Assembly (NCBI GenBank): GCA_964504665.1
Contig: CAZDEH010000005.1
Coordinates: 1-46,010, forward strand
DNA length: 46,010 nucleotides
From: an uncultured Gammaproteobacteria bacterium
Lineage (GTDB): Bacteria > Patescibacteriota > Microgenomatia > Daviesbacterales > UBA10151
Direction of reading: 5' to 3'
The notes below the pieces were generated by a model. That model worked only from the letters and a program-made list of their open reading frames with translations, was not told the DNA's origin and made no database searches. This document shows positions 38,149-46,010 of the stretch, piece by piece. A program made the translations under genes and the position numbers. Every line of letters begins with the position of its first letter. Within the stretch, counting starts at the first letter, position 1.

Positions 38149-38637
38149 ATGGAAGAAAAGAAAAAAATGATGGTAGGTTGGTTTTCTTTTACCTGCTCTG
38201 AGGACAGTACTATTCTTTTTACTGAACTTCTAAATGATCATTTTGATGAATGGCGGGACAAGGTAGAGTTTAGATATTTAAGAGCTTTAAAAACAAATAA
38301 TTCGATTAAAGATTTAGATGTGGCTTTTATTGAAGGGGCTATTTCTTCTGAGGCTCAGGCTATAGAAGCCCAAAAAATTAGAGATAATACTAAATATGTT
38401 GTGGCTATCGGGGCGTGTGCTTGTACAGGGATGCCATCTGCTTCCCGGAATAATTTTCACAGCACTGAAATTAATTATAAAATTGCCTGGTACATGAGTC
38501 ATTTTGACTATAGTGCAAAAGTCAAAAAATTGGCTGACGTGATAAAAGTTGATGATGAGGTTCCTGGCTGTCCGATGGATATCCCAACATTCTTAGAGTT
38601 ACTTGGTAAATATTTAAAAGTATTTAATATAACTTAA
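38149..38637 (+). CDS. NiFe hydrogenase small subunit (short, group 3-related)
   Basis: FTCSEDS, FIEGAI, AIGACACTG, VPGCP; no distal cluster domain. Confidence 0.9.
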   Translation: MEEKKKMMVGWFSFTCSEDSTILFTELLNDHFDEWRDKVEFRYLRALKTNNSIKDLDVAFIEGAISSEAQAIEAQKIRDNTKYVVAIGACACTGMPSASRNNFHSTEINYKIAWYMSHFDYSAKVKKLADVIKVDDEVPGCPMDIPTFLELLGKYLKVFNIT

Positions 38638-38638
38638 G

Positions 38639-39940
38639 ATGCATAGCGGTCATATCACCATCGATAATATTACCAAGATTGAAGGCACAGCTGGATTAAC
38701 AGTGACAATCGATGATGATCAAGTTACTGATTTGAAATTCATGATTAAAGACTACCGCCGTTTTTATATAGAAGCAGTAAGAGGGAAGCCGGCGATTGCA
38801 GCTCCTTCTTTTTTATCCAGAATTTGTGGAACTTGTTCTATTGCCCATCTTTTTGCTGCTATTGAAGCGATTGAAAAATCACAAGGAATTCAAGTTTCTG
38901 AACAAACAAGGCTACTCCGGCGGTTAGCCTATGACGGATTGATGATCCGTGACCATGCGCTGCATCTTTATTTTTTTGTTCTGCCTGATGTTTTAAGTAT
39001 TGATTCGATTTTAGATATTCCTGATGATCCATTAAACCCGGGACATATTCTACTCCATGACTCTTTTGATATTAAGAAGCTTGGTTCTGATATCACAGAG
39101 GTAATAATTGGAGCAGCCATACACGCACCACTGCCAACTGTAGGTGGTTTTTTGAAATTACCTGATCCTTTGAGGTTTCCTGAACTAATTTCACGGTTAG
39201 AGATAATCAGGTCACAAGTTATCCGAGGTATTAAGACATTTTTTGAGTATCCGGCAAAATTAATCCGTGATAGTGATTATCTGTGTCTCCGCAATGATAA
39301 AAGTTTTGATTTTTTACAAGGTGAGATTATCAATTCTGATGGGAGACGAATTCCGGAAGAAAAATTCCATGATTTTTTAAAAAGTGTGATTATTCCCTAT
39401 TCTCAAGCTGAGGGTTATATTTTTTCCGATACACATGACGATTATTTGGTGGGTTCCTTAGCCAGACTTAATTTTAATCATGATTTATTGCATCCACGAA
39501 CTATCAAAGATATTGCGCCGTACCTCTCGGTTTTTCCATCTAATAATATTTATCATAATAATTTAGCTCAAGCGATAGAAATTTTGCAATGTGTTGATGA
39601 TGCTATCCAAATCCTTAAATTTATTGAAATTAAAGACGAGCAACCCATCAAAAAACCATTTCAGGCAGGTTTAGGAATGGGAGTAGTAGAAGCTCCCCGG
39701 GGAACACTTTATCATATGGTAAAAGTTAATGACCAAGGAATAATTATTGATTATGATGTAATTGTCCCCACTTCTCAAAATCAGATTAATATTGCTAATG
39801 ATCTAAAAAAATACTTTGCTCTGAATTTACAAAAAGATGAAAATATTTTAAAGTTAGAAGCAGAAAAAATTATTAGGGCTTATGATCCTTGCATGTCTTG
39901 TGCCACTAATTTTTTGAAAATAGATTGGATTCGTAAATAA
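38639..39940 (+). CDS. NiFe hydrogenase large subunit (group 3b-related)
   Basis: TKIEG, L1 RICGTCSIAH, EAPRGTLYH, L2 RAYDPCMSCATN. Confidence 0.95.
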   Translation: MHSGHITIDNITKIEGTAGLTVTIDDDQVTDLKFMIKDYRRFYIEAVRGKPAIAAPSFLSRICGTCSIAHLFAAIEAIEKSQGIQVSEQTRLLRRLAYDGLMIRDHALHLYFFVLPDVLSIDSILDIPDDPLNPGHILLHDSFDIKKLGSDITEVIIGAAIHAPLPTVGGFLKLPDPLRFPELISRLEIIRSQVIRGIKTFFEYPAKLIRDSDYLCLRNDKSFDFLQGEIINSDGRRIPEEKFHDFLKSVIIPYSQAEGYIFSDTHDDYLVGSLARLNFNHDLLHPRTIKDIAPYLSVFPSNNIYHNNLAQAIEILQCVDDAIQILKFIEIKDEQPIKKPFQAGLGMGVVEAPRGTLYHMVKVNDQGIIIDYDVIVPTSQNQINIANDLKKYFALNLQKDENILKLEAEKIIRAYDPCMSCATNFLKIDWIRK

Positions 39941-40281
39941 TCAATATTGCCTGTTGGCGGCAAACCGATAAGAGTTATTTTGCCCAATTTTCCTAACTTT
40001 TTTAGATATTTAATTTGAAAACTTAGATCAAAATCATGAACAGAATTTCTGGGTGGTAGAACTAATTTTTCAATATCTTGATCTTCAATAAGACTAACTT
40101 TATTTATTCCTAATACTGTATCCAAGATTACCACATGTTGTTTTTCTGTGAAAGGTAGGTCCTCATTCGGCTTAACAATGATAAATTGTATATCTGAAGT
40201 TTTTTCTTTTAATTTCTGGAGTACCTTAAAAACCAGATTATCTTCTGCTACATCTTCATTGCCAAACACATAAACTTTCAT
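39880..40281 (-). CDS. Hydrogenase maturation endopeptidase-like protein
   Basis: VFGNEDVAED, VILDTV, SVHDFDL, TLIGL parallel HycI/HybD motifs; start ATG 40281. Confidence 0.75.
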   Translation of the reverse strand: MKVYVFGNEDVAEDNLVFKVLQKLKEKTSDIQFIIVKPNEDLPFTEKQHVVILDTVLGINKVSLIEDQDIEKLVLPPRNSVHDFDLSFQIKYLKKLGKLGKITLIGLPPTGNIDYLRIQSIFKKLVAQDMQGS

Positions 40282-40295
40282 TAGAATTAATTCTA
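40282..40295. promoter_or_regulatory. Perfect palindrome giving a TAGAAT -10 box on both strands
   Basis: TAGAATTAATTCTA fills the 16-bp gap between divergent ATGs. Confidence 0.65.
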
Positions 40296-40297
40296 CC

Positions 40298-41011
40298 ATG
40301 ACGGATATCAAAGCTTTGCAGTTGTTATCTAGATTTTCCCTCCCCCCAAACTCACTAGGATATTGTGGAAAAAATAGTGCTGCAGAAAAATTTAAAAGTT
40401 GTATTATTTCTGGTAACTGCCTGGGAGTTAAGGAAGAGATAGATAAATTTCTGGTGCTTTTTCCATATCTTAAAACAATAGCTAAAATTACTAATCTGTC
40501 AACTTTAGATTATAAAGTAATTGAAAGTTTTTGGTTAGGTAACAGTTTATTAAAAAAAGCTACATCAAAAGATTATCCTCTGCTGTTAGAAAATTTCTCA
40601 ACACAAGGTATTCCGAAATGGTTAATAGAAGAATTAAAACAAAGGCCCCCACAAAAATTTATTCCTCATCATCTATTTCAAGTTCTGCACGTTGGAGTGG
40701 GAAGAGCCAGTAATGGAGTTGTCCCTTTCAATCTGGAGTCTATCAACAATTGTATGATCCGTTGGGGAAATGTAAAAAAACTTGGCAAGAATAATATTTT
40801 AGTGGAGCTAAATTCTTTAGAAAAAAGTGGTAAAAGTTACAACTTAATAAAGTTAGAAGAAAAAATACCAATTAATAAGGAGTTAATTCCTGAAATAAAA
40901 ATTGGTAATACAGTAGCTGTACACTGGAAACAAGTAATAAAAATTTTAGATAAAACTGAGGAAAAAAATCTACACTTCTGGACAAAAGAAGTTTTAGACG
41001 TTGTTTCTTAA
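40298..41011 (+). CDS. Hydrogenase-associated protein (DUF6390-like) with HypC-like C-terminal domain
   Basis: PPNSLGYCG, PHHLFQV, NCMIRWG, TVAVHW; family name recalled, not searched. Confidence 0.75.
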   Translation: MTDIKALQLLSRFSLPPNSLGYCGKNSAAEKFKSCIISGNCLGVKEEIDKFLVLFPYLKTIAKITNLSTLDYKVIESFWLGNSLLKKATSKDYPLLLENFSTQGIPKWLIEELKQRPPQKFIPHHLFQVLHVGVGRASNGVVPFNLESINNCMIRWGNVKKLGKNNILVELNSLEKSGKSYNLIKLEEKIPINKELIPEIKIGNTVAVHWKQVIKILDKTEEKNLHFWTKEVLDVVS

Positions 41012-41109
41012 CAATATTTTCAACCACTGGTCGAGAATAGCTTCTAACTTCATGATTGATATCTTGATTGATTTGTATAACTATAATAAATCTAGGTATA
41101 ATTAAATAC

Positions 41110-41622
41110 ATGAATATTGTGATTGAGTCTGAAAGACTGATGCTTGCACCAATTACCAGAGAATTTGCCGAGCAAATCTTCAGGGAATTTACAGAAAATA
41201 TAACTACATACATGTATCCTAAATCTCCTAGTAAAATTAAAGAAACTTATGAATTTATCGATAAGGCTATCAAAAATATGGAGGAGAACAAAGAATTACA
41301 AATGGTGGTTCTTGATAAATCTACTAAGGAATTTTTGGGATGTGTTGGATTACATAGTATCAATACAAAAACACCAGAGCTGGGTATTTGGATTAAGAAA
41401 GGGGCTCATGGTAAAAAATATGGGAGGGAAGCCGTTGCTACTATAGCTGATTGGGCAAAAAATAATTTGACATTTAAATACCTAAAATATCCTGTTGATA
41501 AAAACAATATTACCAGTCGTAAGATCCCTGAGTTTTTAGGAGGAGTTATTGAGGCAGAATATAAACAAACTACTCCTTATGGAAAACAGTTAGATGAGGT
41601 TGAGTATAGGATATATAAATAA
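41110..41622 (+). CDS. RimJ/RimL-type GNAT acetyltransferase
   Basis: IESERLML, ELGIWI...HGKKYGREA, NITSRK. Confidence 0.9.
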   Translation: MNIVIESERLMLAPITREFAEQIFREFTENITTYMYPKSPSKIKETYEFIDKAIKNMEENKELQMVVLDKSTKEFLGCVGLHSINTKTPELGIWIKKGAHGKKYGREAVATIADWAKNNLTFKYLKYPVDKNNITSRKIPEFLGGVIEAEYKQTTPYGKQLDEVEYRIYK

Positions 41623-41635
41623 TATAAATAAAAAA

Positions 41636-42661
41636 TTATTTTACTAACACAATTGTTGGATTTTGACCCAATAAGCCTATCTTAAAAGTTTTAATATCAG
41701 GATTTTGTTTATACTTTTTAACAAATTTTATAAAAAGCTCAGGATTTGAAATTAGAACACATATAATTCCATCAGGTTTTAGAATCCTTATATATTCACT
41801 AATTGTCCCCTCGTAAAGCTTAATGATACTTTGGATTTCTATCTGTTTACCCCAAGGAAGATTGGAAACTGCAGCATCAAATTGCTGGTTAGACCACTTA
41901 GTTGATGTAGCATTTAGATGTTTAACTTTTTCTTCTCTATCATATCCCAGGTTAGCTAAATTTTTTCTGGTAATAATTACACTTTTTGGATCAATATCTC
42001 CACCACAAACTTGATTTCCCATTAATAAACTTTCAGCAAGTACTGTCCCGCTACCACAAAAATTGTCTACTATTTTTAAATTTATCTTTCCATCAGTTGC
42101 AAGATAAACCATGGCAGCTGCGATGGTTGGTTTAAGAGAGCCTTCTTTGGAAATAGTTTTATATAATCTGTGCTGCAAGCTTTCTTTAGTTAATCTCACT
42201 GATATATAAACGATGTTTCTATCTATAAATATTCTGATGTCTAAGTTTGTATGATCTAATTCTGTAAAACTCCAATTATATTTTTTATAAATACTTTTAG
42301 AAAGTATTTTAACTAAATCTGATGCAACAAAATTTTTAACTCCCACAATACCTGTAGTAATAGAAAAATTATTAGAAGCAATTTCCCTATATTGATCAAG
42401 CTCTTTTTTGATCTTATTAAAATCAATTTTATCTATTTCTAAGATGAGTTTATCTAAAGTCTCAACAGTAGGAATAGCTTGAATAATTAGTCCTAAATCG
42501 TCAACGGTTCTAAGTTCTGTAAGCTTCTCAAAAGTGGCATTACTTTCAAAGATTATTCTTTTATCCCCAACTTCAATAATTTGGGCGTCAAAGATTTTTG
42601 AACTTATTTCTTTTTCAGAAACAAATTCTAAACCCTTAGTTGTATAGGCAATAAATTTCAT
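41636..42661 (-). CDS. THUMP-domain RNA methyltransferase (Trm14/RlmL-like)
   Basis: TTKGLE, SLQHRLY, DNFCGSGT, SNLPWG. Confidence 0.88.
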   Translation of the reverse strand: MKFIAYTTKGLEFVSEKEISSKIFDAQIIEVGDKRIIFESNATFEKLTELRTVDDLGLIIQAIPTVETLDKLILEIDKIDFNKIKKELDQYREIASNNFSITTGIVGVKNFVASDLVKILSKSIYKKYNWSFTELDHTNLDIRIFIDRNIVYISVRLTKESLQHRLYKTISKEGSLKPTIAAAMVYLATDGKINLKIVDNFCGSGTVLAESLLMGNQVCGGDIDPKSVIITRKNLANLGYDREEKVKHLNATSTKWSNQQFDAAVSNLPWGKQIEIQSIIKLYEGTISEYIRILKPDGIICVLISNPELFIKFVKKYKQNPDIKTFKIGLLGQNPTIVLVK

Positions 42662-42713
42662 ACAAGAGGAATTCTACCAAAAAAAGTTAGGTTAGAGTTA
42701 TAGCAAACTATGT

Positions 42714-43634
42714 TTATTCTAAAACTGCCTTTGGGGTTAAGAGAGGGTGTTTTTTGATAGAAAAATATATTAATGTGCCTCCTAAAATTATTAGTAATGC
42801 TTGTAGCCCCATCTCCATGGACCAGACTTTGGTAATAAATATAGCTGATAATAAATTGGTGATGAGCGTTGAGGTAACTAAGACTGATGTAACTATAATA
42901 GCTGGGGCAAGTTTTAAAGCTCGGTACCAAATGCTAACATACCCTAGCAGTAAAATTGCTGATAGAATAATCCACAACCATTGAGTCTGATTAAAAAGTA
43001 TTATCTGACCAAATCCTGAGGGGTTACTAAAGAGCATGATAAATATCAAGATTAATGATCCAAAACCCATTCTGGCTGAAGTAACTAAATCGCTATCAAC
43101 TATACTTAACACTTTTTTGGCAATAACATTTTCTACTGCCCATAAAATTGTAGCCAGTAAAATTAACAGTTCCCCTGATGAAAATTTGAATCCTGTAAAG
43201 CCACCAATAAAAAGATTGCCACTAAAAAGTAAAATTATTGCTAAAAGCTGTAATTTTGATAATTTTTCTTTCAGTAATGGAAGCGCTAAAATTATTACCC
43301 AAAACACAAGCGTTTTTTGAATAATAGCAGCATTAATAGCTGGAATTTGTGATAAGCCTGTAAAAAATAGATAAAAAGGAAGAGATCCTCCGATAATACC
43401 AATTAAAAATAATTTGATAATTTGAGATTTATTCAATTTTTTTATCAACTTCCATTTTCCAGAAATTAAAATAAAACTAAGAATAAAAATTCCTACTAAA
43501 ACATTTTTAGTAGTAGTAAAAATAAGAGGATTTTTTACAGCTTCAACAGCAAATTTATTTAAAAATATTGATATTCCTGAAATAAAGGCTGTAATGAGAG
43601 CTAAATAAAAACCTTTTTGGAGACTTGATGACAT
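42714..43634 (-). CDS. EamA/DMT-family transporter
   Basis: ~10 TM; LKEKLS; GELLILLATILWA. Confidence 0.9.
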   Translation of the reverse strand: MSSSLQKGFYLALITAFISGISIFLNKFAVEAVKNPLIFTTTKNVLVGIFILSFILISGKWKLIKKLNKSQIIKLFLIGIIGGSLPFYLFFTGLSQIPAINAAIIQKTLVFWVIILALPLLKEKLSKLQLLAIILLFSGNLFIGGFTGFKFSSGELLILLATILWAVENVIAKKVLSIVDSDLVTSARMGFGSLILIFIMLFSNPSGFGQIILFNQTQWLWIILSAILLLGYVSIWYRALKLAPAIIVTSVLVTSTLITNLLSAIFITKVWSMEMGLQALLIILGGTLIYFSIKKHPLLTPKAVLE

Positions 43635-43641
43635 TTAATTT

Positions 43642-43893
43642 TTAAACAGGCCAAACTTGTTTTCCGGTCTCGGTATCAATCACAATAATTGCTTGTGTCG
43701 GACAAGCCTGGGCTGCTAATAATACATTTTCAGGAGTTTCAGTAGATCCTTCTTTAATGATGGCTTTTTTCTCCGGATCCAGTTCAAAAGTGACAGGGGA
43801 TACGCCAACGCAAGTGGCTGCCCCGATACAAATATTTCTTACAACTTTAATCTTATATTTCCCAATTTGAACTTCTTTATCCTGATTATCCAT
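43642..43893 (-). CDS. Monocluster ferredoxin (probably 3Fe-4S)
   Basis: CIGAATC ... ACPTQAI; second Cys replaced by Ala. Confidence 0.9.
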   Translation of the reverse strand: MDNQDKEVQIGKYKIKVVRNICIGAATCVGVSPVTFELDPEKKAIIKEGSTETPENVLLAAQACPTQAIIVIDTETGKQVWPV

Positions 43894-44318
43894 TATTTTT
43901 TATGAAGATGCTGATAAATAATATCTTTTGTTTTAAAAGGGTCATCAACCCATTCTAATTCCATTTCCTCTTCTCCCTCAGGTGTATTCCCAGCAGAATC
44001 TAATGTAATTGTTCCAGTGTGAAGAAGTATTCTACCTAAAATTCCTTGTTCAACATGTACATCAGTTATCTTGGAATAAGAGAGGCTTTGAGTGGATTGA
44101 CCTATCAAACCTCTCTTAATAATTACCCTTTGATCAGTCACAATATATTTAATAGTAATTAAACGATAAATAGCTCTGAATATAAAATATAATCCCGCAA
44201 TGACAATGAGTAGAACAAAACCCCAAACTAGTTCCCAGATAAATTGGGCTTTGGAATAATTCATAACTTCAACAACCTTTTCACCAGGTGCCAAAAACTT
44301 TTCTAACGACTTATCCAT
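43893..44318 (-). CDS. Membrane-flanked bacterial PH-domain protein
   Basis: YIVTDQRVIIKRGLI, ITDVHVEQGILGRI..GTI. Confidence 0.88.
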   Translation of the reverse strand: MDKSLEKFLAPGEKVVEVMNYSKAQFIWELVWGFVLLIVIAGLYFIFRAIYRLITIKYIVTDQRVIIKRGLIGQSTQSLSYSKITDVHVEQGILGRILLHTGTITLDSAGNTPEGEEEMELEWVDDPFKTKDIIYQHLHKK

Positions 44319-44331
44319 TATTATTATTGTA

Positions 44332-45186
44332 TCATAGATATTTTTCAAATAACTCTTCTAAATCTCTATCTACAGAATTTTTTATTAAAGGTTTTTCTTT
44401 GAGCTGCGGAAGCTCCGATTCATAAGATAGTTTATTTTCCTTATAAAATATACCTAAGGGAATTTGTTTTAATCCCCATTCCAGAGATTTTTTGAATGCT
44501 TCTACTTTATCTGCCGGATTATATTTTTCATCAAGCTCATAACAATTTTCTTGAAAAAATTGATGAGAGTACTCTTTATTAAATGTCTGACATGGTTGCA
44601 AGACATCAATGATAGAAATACCCTGGTGTTCATTTGCTTTAATTATCAGCTCAGTTAGATTCGGAATATCTCCAGTATATCCACGGGCTACAAAAGTTGC
44701 TCCTGCTGCAATAGCCAAAGCTAACGGATTAATTGGATAATCTAAATTACCACCCGGAGTTGATTTGGTTTTAAAGCCAAGTGGAGAAGTAGGAGAAGTT
44801 TGACCAACAGTGAGTCCGTAAGCTGCGTTATCATGCAAGATAACAGTTATATTGTGATTGCGTCTACAAGCGTGAATAAAATGATTACCTCCTTCTGCCA
44901 GTGAGTCTCCATCACCTGTGAAAACAAAAACATTTAAGCGATGGTTGGCTATTTTTATGCCAGTTGCTACCGGAATTGGGCGACCATGTAACCCTTCGAC
45001 CGATGTTATTTTTGTATAATTTACAATATGCCCATGGCATCCAATTCCGGCAACTAAACAGGTATTAGTGTTATCCCAACCTTGTTTTACAGCAGCATTT
45101 TTAAAGGCTCCCCAAATCCCAAAATCTCCACAACCTGGACACCAGGTGGGAGAGCAGGGAGTAATTAAATCTTGTAAGTTACTCAT
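44332..45186 (-). CDS. 2-oxoacid:ferredoxin oxidoreductase beta subunit
   Basis: WCPGCGD, GIGC, HGR, GDGD, DNAAYGLT.GQ.SPT, LQPC. Confidence 0.96.
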   Translation of the reverse strand: MSNLQDLITPCSPTWCPGCGDFGIWGAFKNAAVKQGWDNTNTCLVAGIGCHGHIVNYTKITSVEGLHGRPIPVATGIKIANHRLNVFVFTGDGDSLAEGGNHFIHACRRNHNITVILHDNAAYGLTVGQTSPTSPLGFKTKSTPGGNLDYPINPLALAIAAGATFVARGYTGDIPNLTELIIKANEHQGISIIDVLQPCQTFNKEYSHQFFQENCYELDEKYNPADKVEAFKKSLEWGLKQIPLGIFYKENKLSYESELPQLKEKPLIKNSVDRDLEELFEKYL

Positions 45187-46010
45187 TTTAATATATAACT
45201 AATTTTTTCCATTATTTCTTCAGGATAAATAGGACGTCCATCGTATTTCAATAGTTTATCAGAAATTTCGAGACCTGTTTTTTCTTTGATAAGTGAAGCT
45301 AATTGTCCGGTATAGTTGCATTCAATATTCAAAATATGTTCAGCTTTACTTAAGATTTCTGTAACTTCTGTTGCAGGAAAAGGACTTAGGTGTGTCAGGT
45401 GCAGGAAATTAACTTTTCCTGTAAAACCTTCCATTGCTTGTAAAATACTACCTTTATTACTTCCCCAGGAAACAATAGTAAGCTTTGCTTCAGGAGGACC
45501 AAATAACTGTTGGGTTGGTAATTCTTTTGCGTATGATTCAAGTTTGCTCATCCTTTTTTCCATGGAAGCTTTTCTATCAGCAATACTTTCTGATGAATAG
45601 CCTGTGGAGTCATGTTCATCTGAGTTGGCAATAAAGAAATTTCCTGTTCCCGGAATGGTTCTGACAGATATTCCATCATTTGAGGAAGCAAAACGATGAT
45701 AATCGGTAACTCTCTCCGTTGTAAATTTCCCCCGGGAGTATTTATATGATGAAATATTAAAAATTGGGAGACTTAGGTCTCCCTCGCAAATATTTTTGTC
45801 GACTAATAAAATTACCGGAGTCTGATATTTATCTGCTAAATTAAATGCTTCCATAGTAAGGTCGAAAGCTTCTTTAGCGTTTCCAGCTGCTAAAACGATT
45901 CTTGGAAAATCTCCCTGATGAGCACTTAGGACAAATTTTAAATCTCCCTGCTCGTTCCAAGTAGGTACACCTGTTGCCGGTCCCGGTCTCATCCCTTCAA
46001 TAATGACCAG
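45183..46010 (-). CDS. 2-oxoacid:ferredoxin oxidoreductase alpha subunit (3' part, runs off window)
   Basis: MRPGPATGVPT, AFNLADKYQTPV, SDEHD, WGS, IECNYTGQL, YDGRP. Confidence 0.95.
   Translation of the reverse strand: MVIIEGMRPGPATGVPTWNEQGDLKFVLSAHQGDFPRIVLAAGNAKEAFDLTMEAFNLADKYQTPVILLVDKNICEGDLSLPIFNISSYKYSRGKFTTERVTDYHRFASSNDGISVRTIPGTGNFFIANSDEHDSTGYSSESIADRKASMEKRMSKLESYAKELPTQQLFGPPEAKLTIVSWGSNKGSILQAMEGFTGKVNFLHLTHLSPFPATEVTEILSKAEHILNIECNYTGQLASLIKEKTGLEISDKLLKYDGRPIYPEEIMEKISYILK

Noticed and set aside
2016-45600. Many antisense or overlapping ORFs in the track (e.g. 2016-2225, 3307-3492, 9676-10038, 11096-11497, 35375-35833, 40872-41213)
   Set aside because: Shadows of well-supported genes or of promoter regions, with no recognisable motifs
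1-46010. Alternative genetic code to explain in-frame stops (TGA at 17 and 4633, TAA at 14617, TAG at 11921)
   Set aside because: All three stop types are involved with different expected residues, and TGA, TAA and TAG each end conserved genes at normal positions

Overview
AT-rich window that looks like a Patescibacteria/CPR (Microgenomates-like) chromosome. This is inferred from the missing rpmD, charged ribosomal-protein tails, near-leaderless promoters and CPR-type hydrogenase. Standard code 11 fits. Layout: (1) 1-2300, small accessory genes including a Phd/RelE toxin-antitoxin pair. (2) tuf and rpsJ. (3) A ~2.6 kb insert splitting rpsJ from rplC, with a stop-interrupted REP-associated tyrosine transposase, four REP-like hairpins and orphan genes. 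(4) The S10-spc-alpha-L13/S9 ribosomal supercluster. (5) A GGCC-type (NgoPII/HaeIII-like) R-M system with a decayed vsr. (6) Secreted/surface protein genes. (7) A carbon/redox block: PMM/PGM, tsaC, ppsA, eno, a stripped-down NiFe hydrogenase module, ferredoxin and 2-oxoacid:ferredoxin oxidoreductase. Three signals stand out. First, accessory genes are delimited by degenerate copies of the 3' ends of essential translation genes (seen directly for rpsJ, inferred for fusA), suggesting iterative gene accretion with no integrase in the window. Second, many short palindromic elements sit in frame inside essential genes. Third, the hydrogenase module has altered ligands, a HypC-like domain inside a partner protein, bidirectional -10 boxes and an antisense overlap on the L2 motif. 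All calls are by eye; no searches were run.
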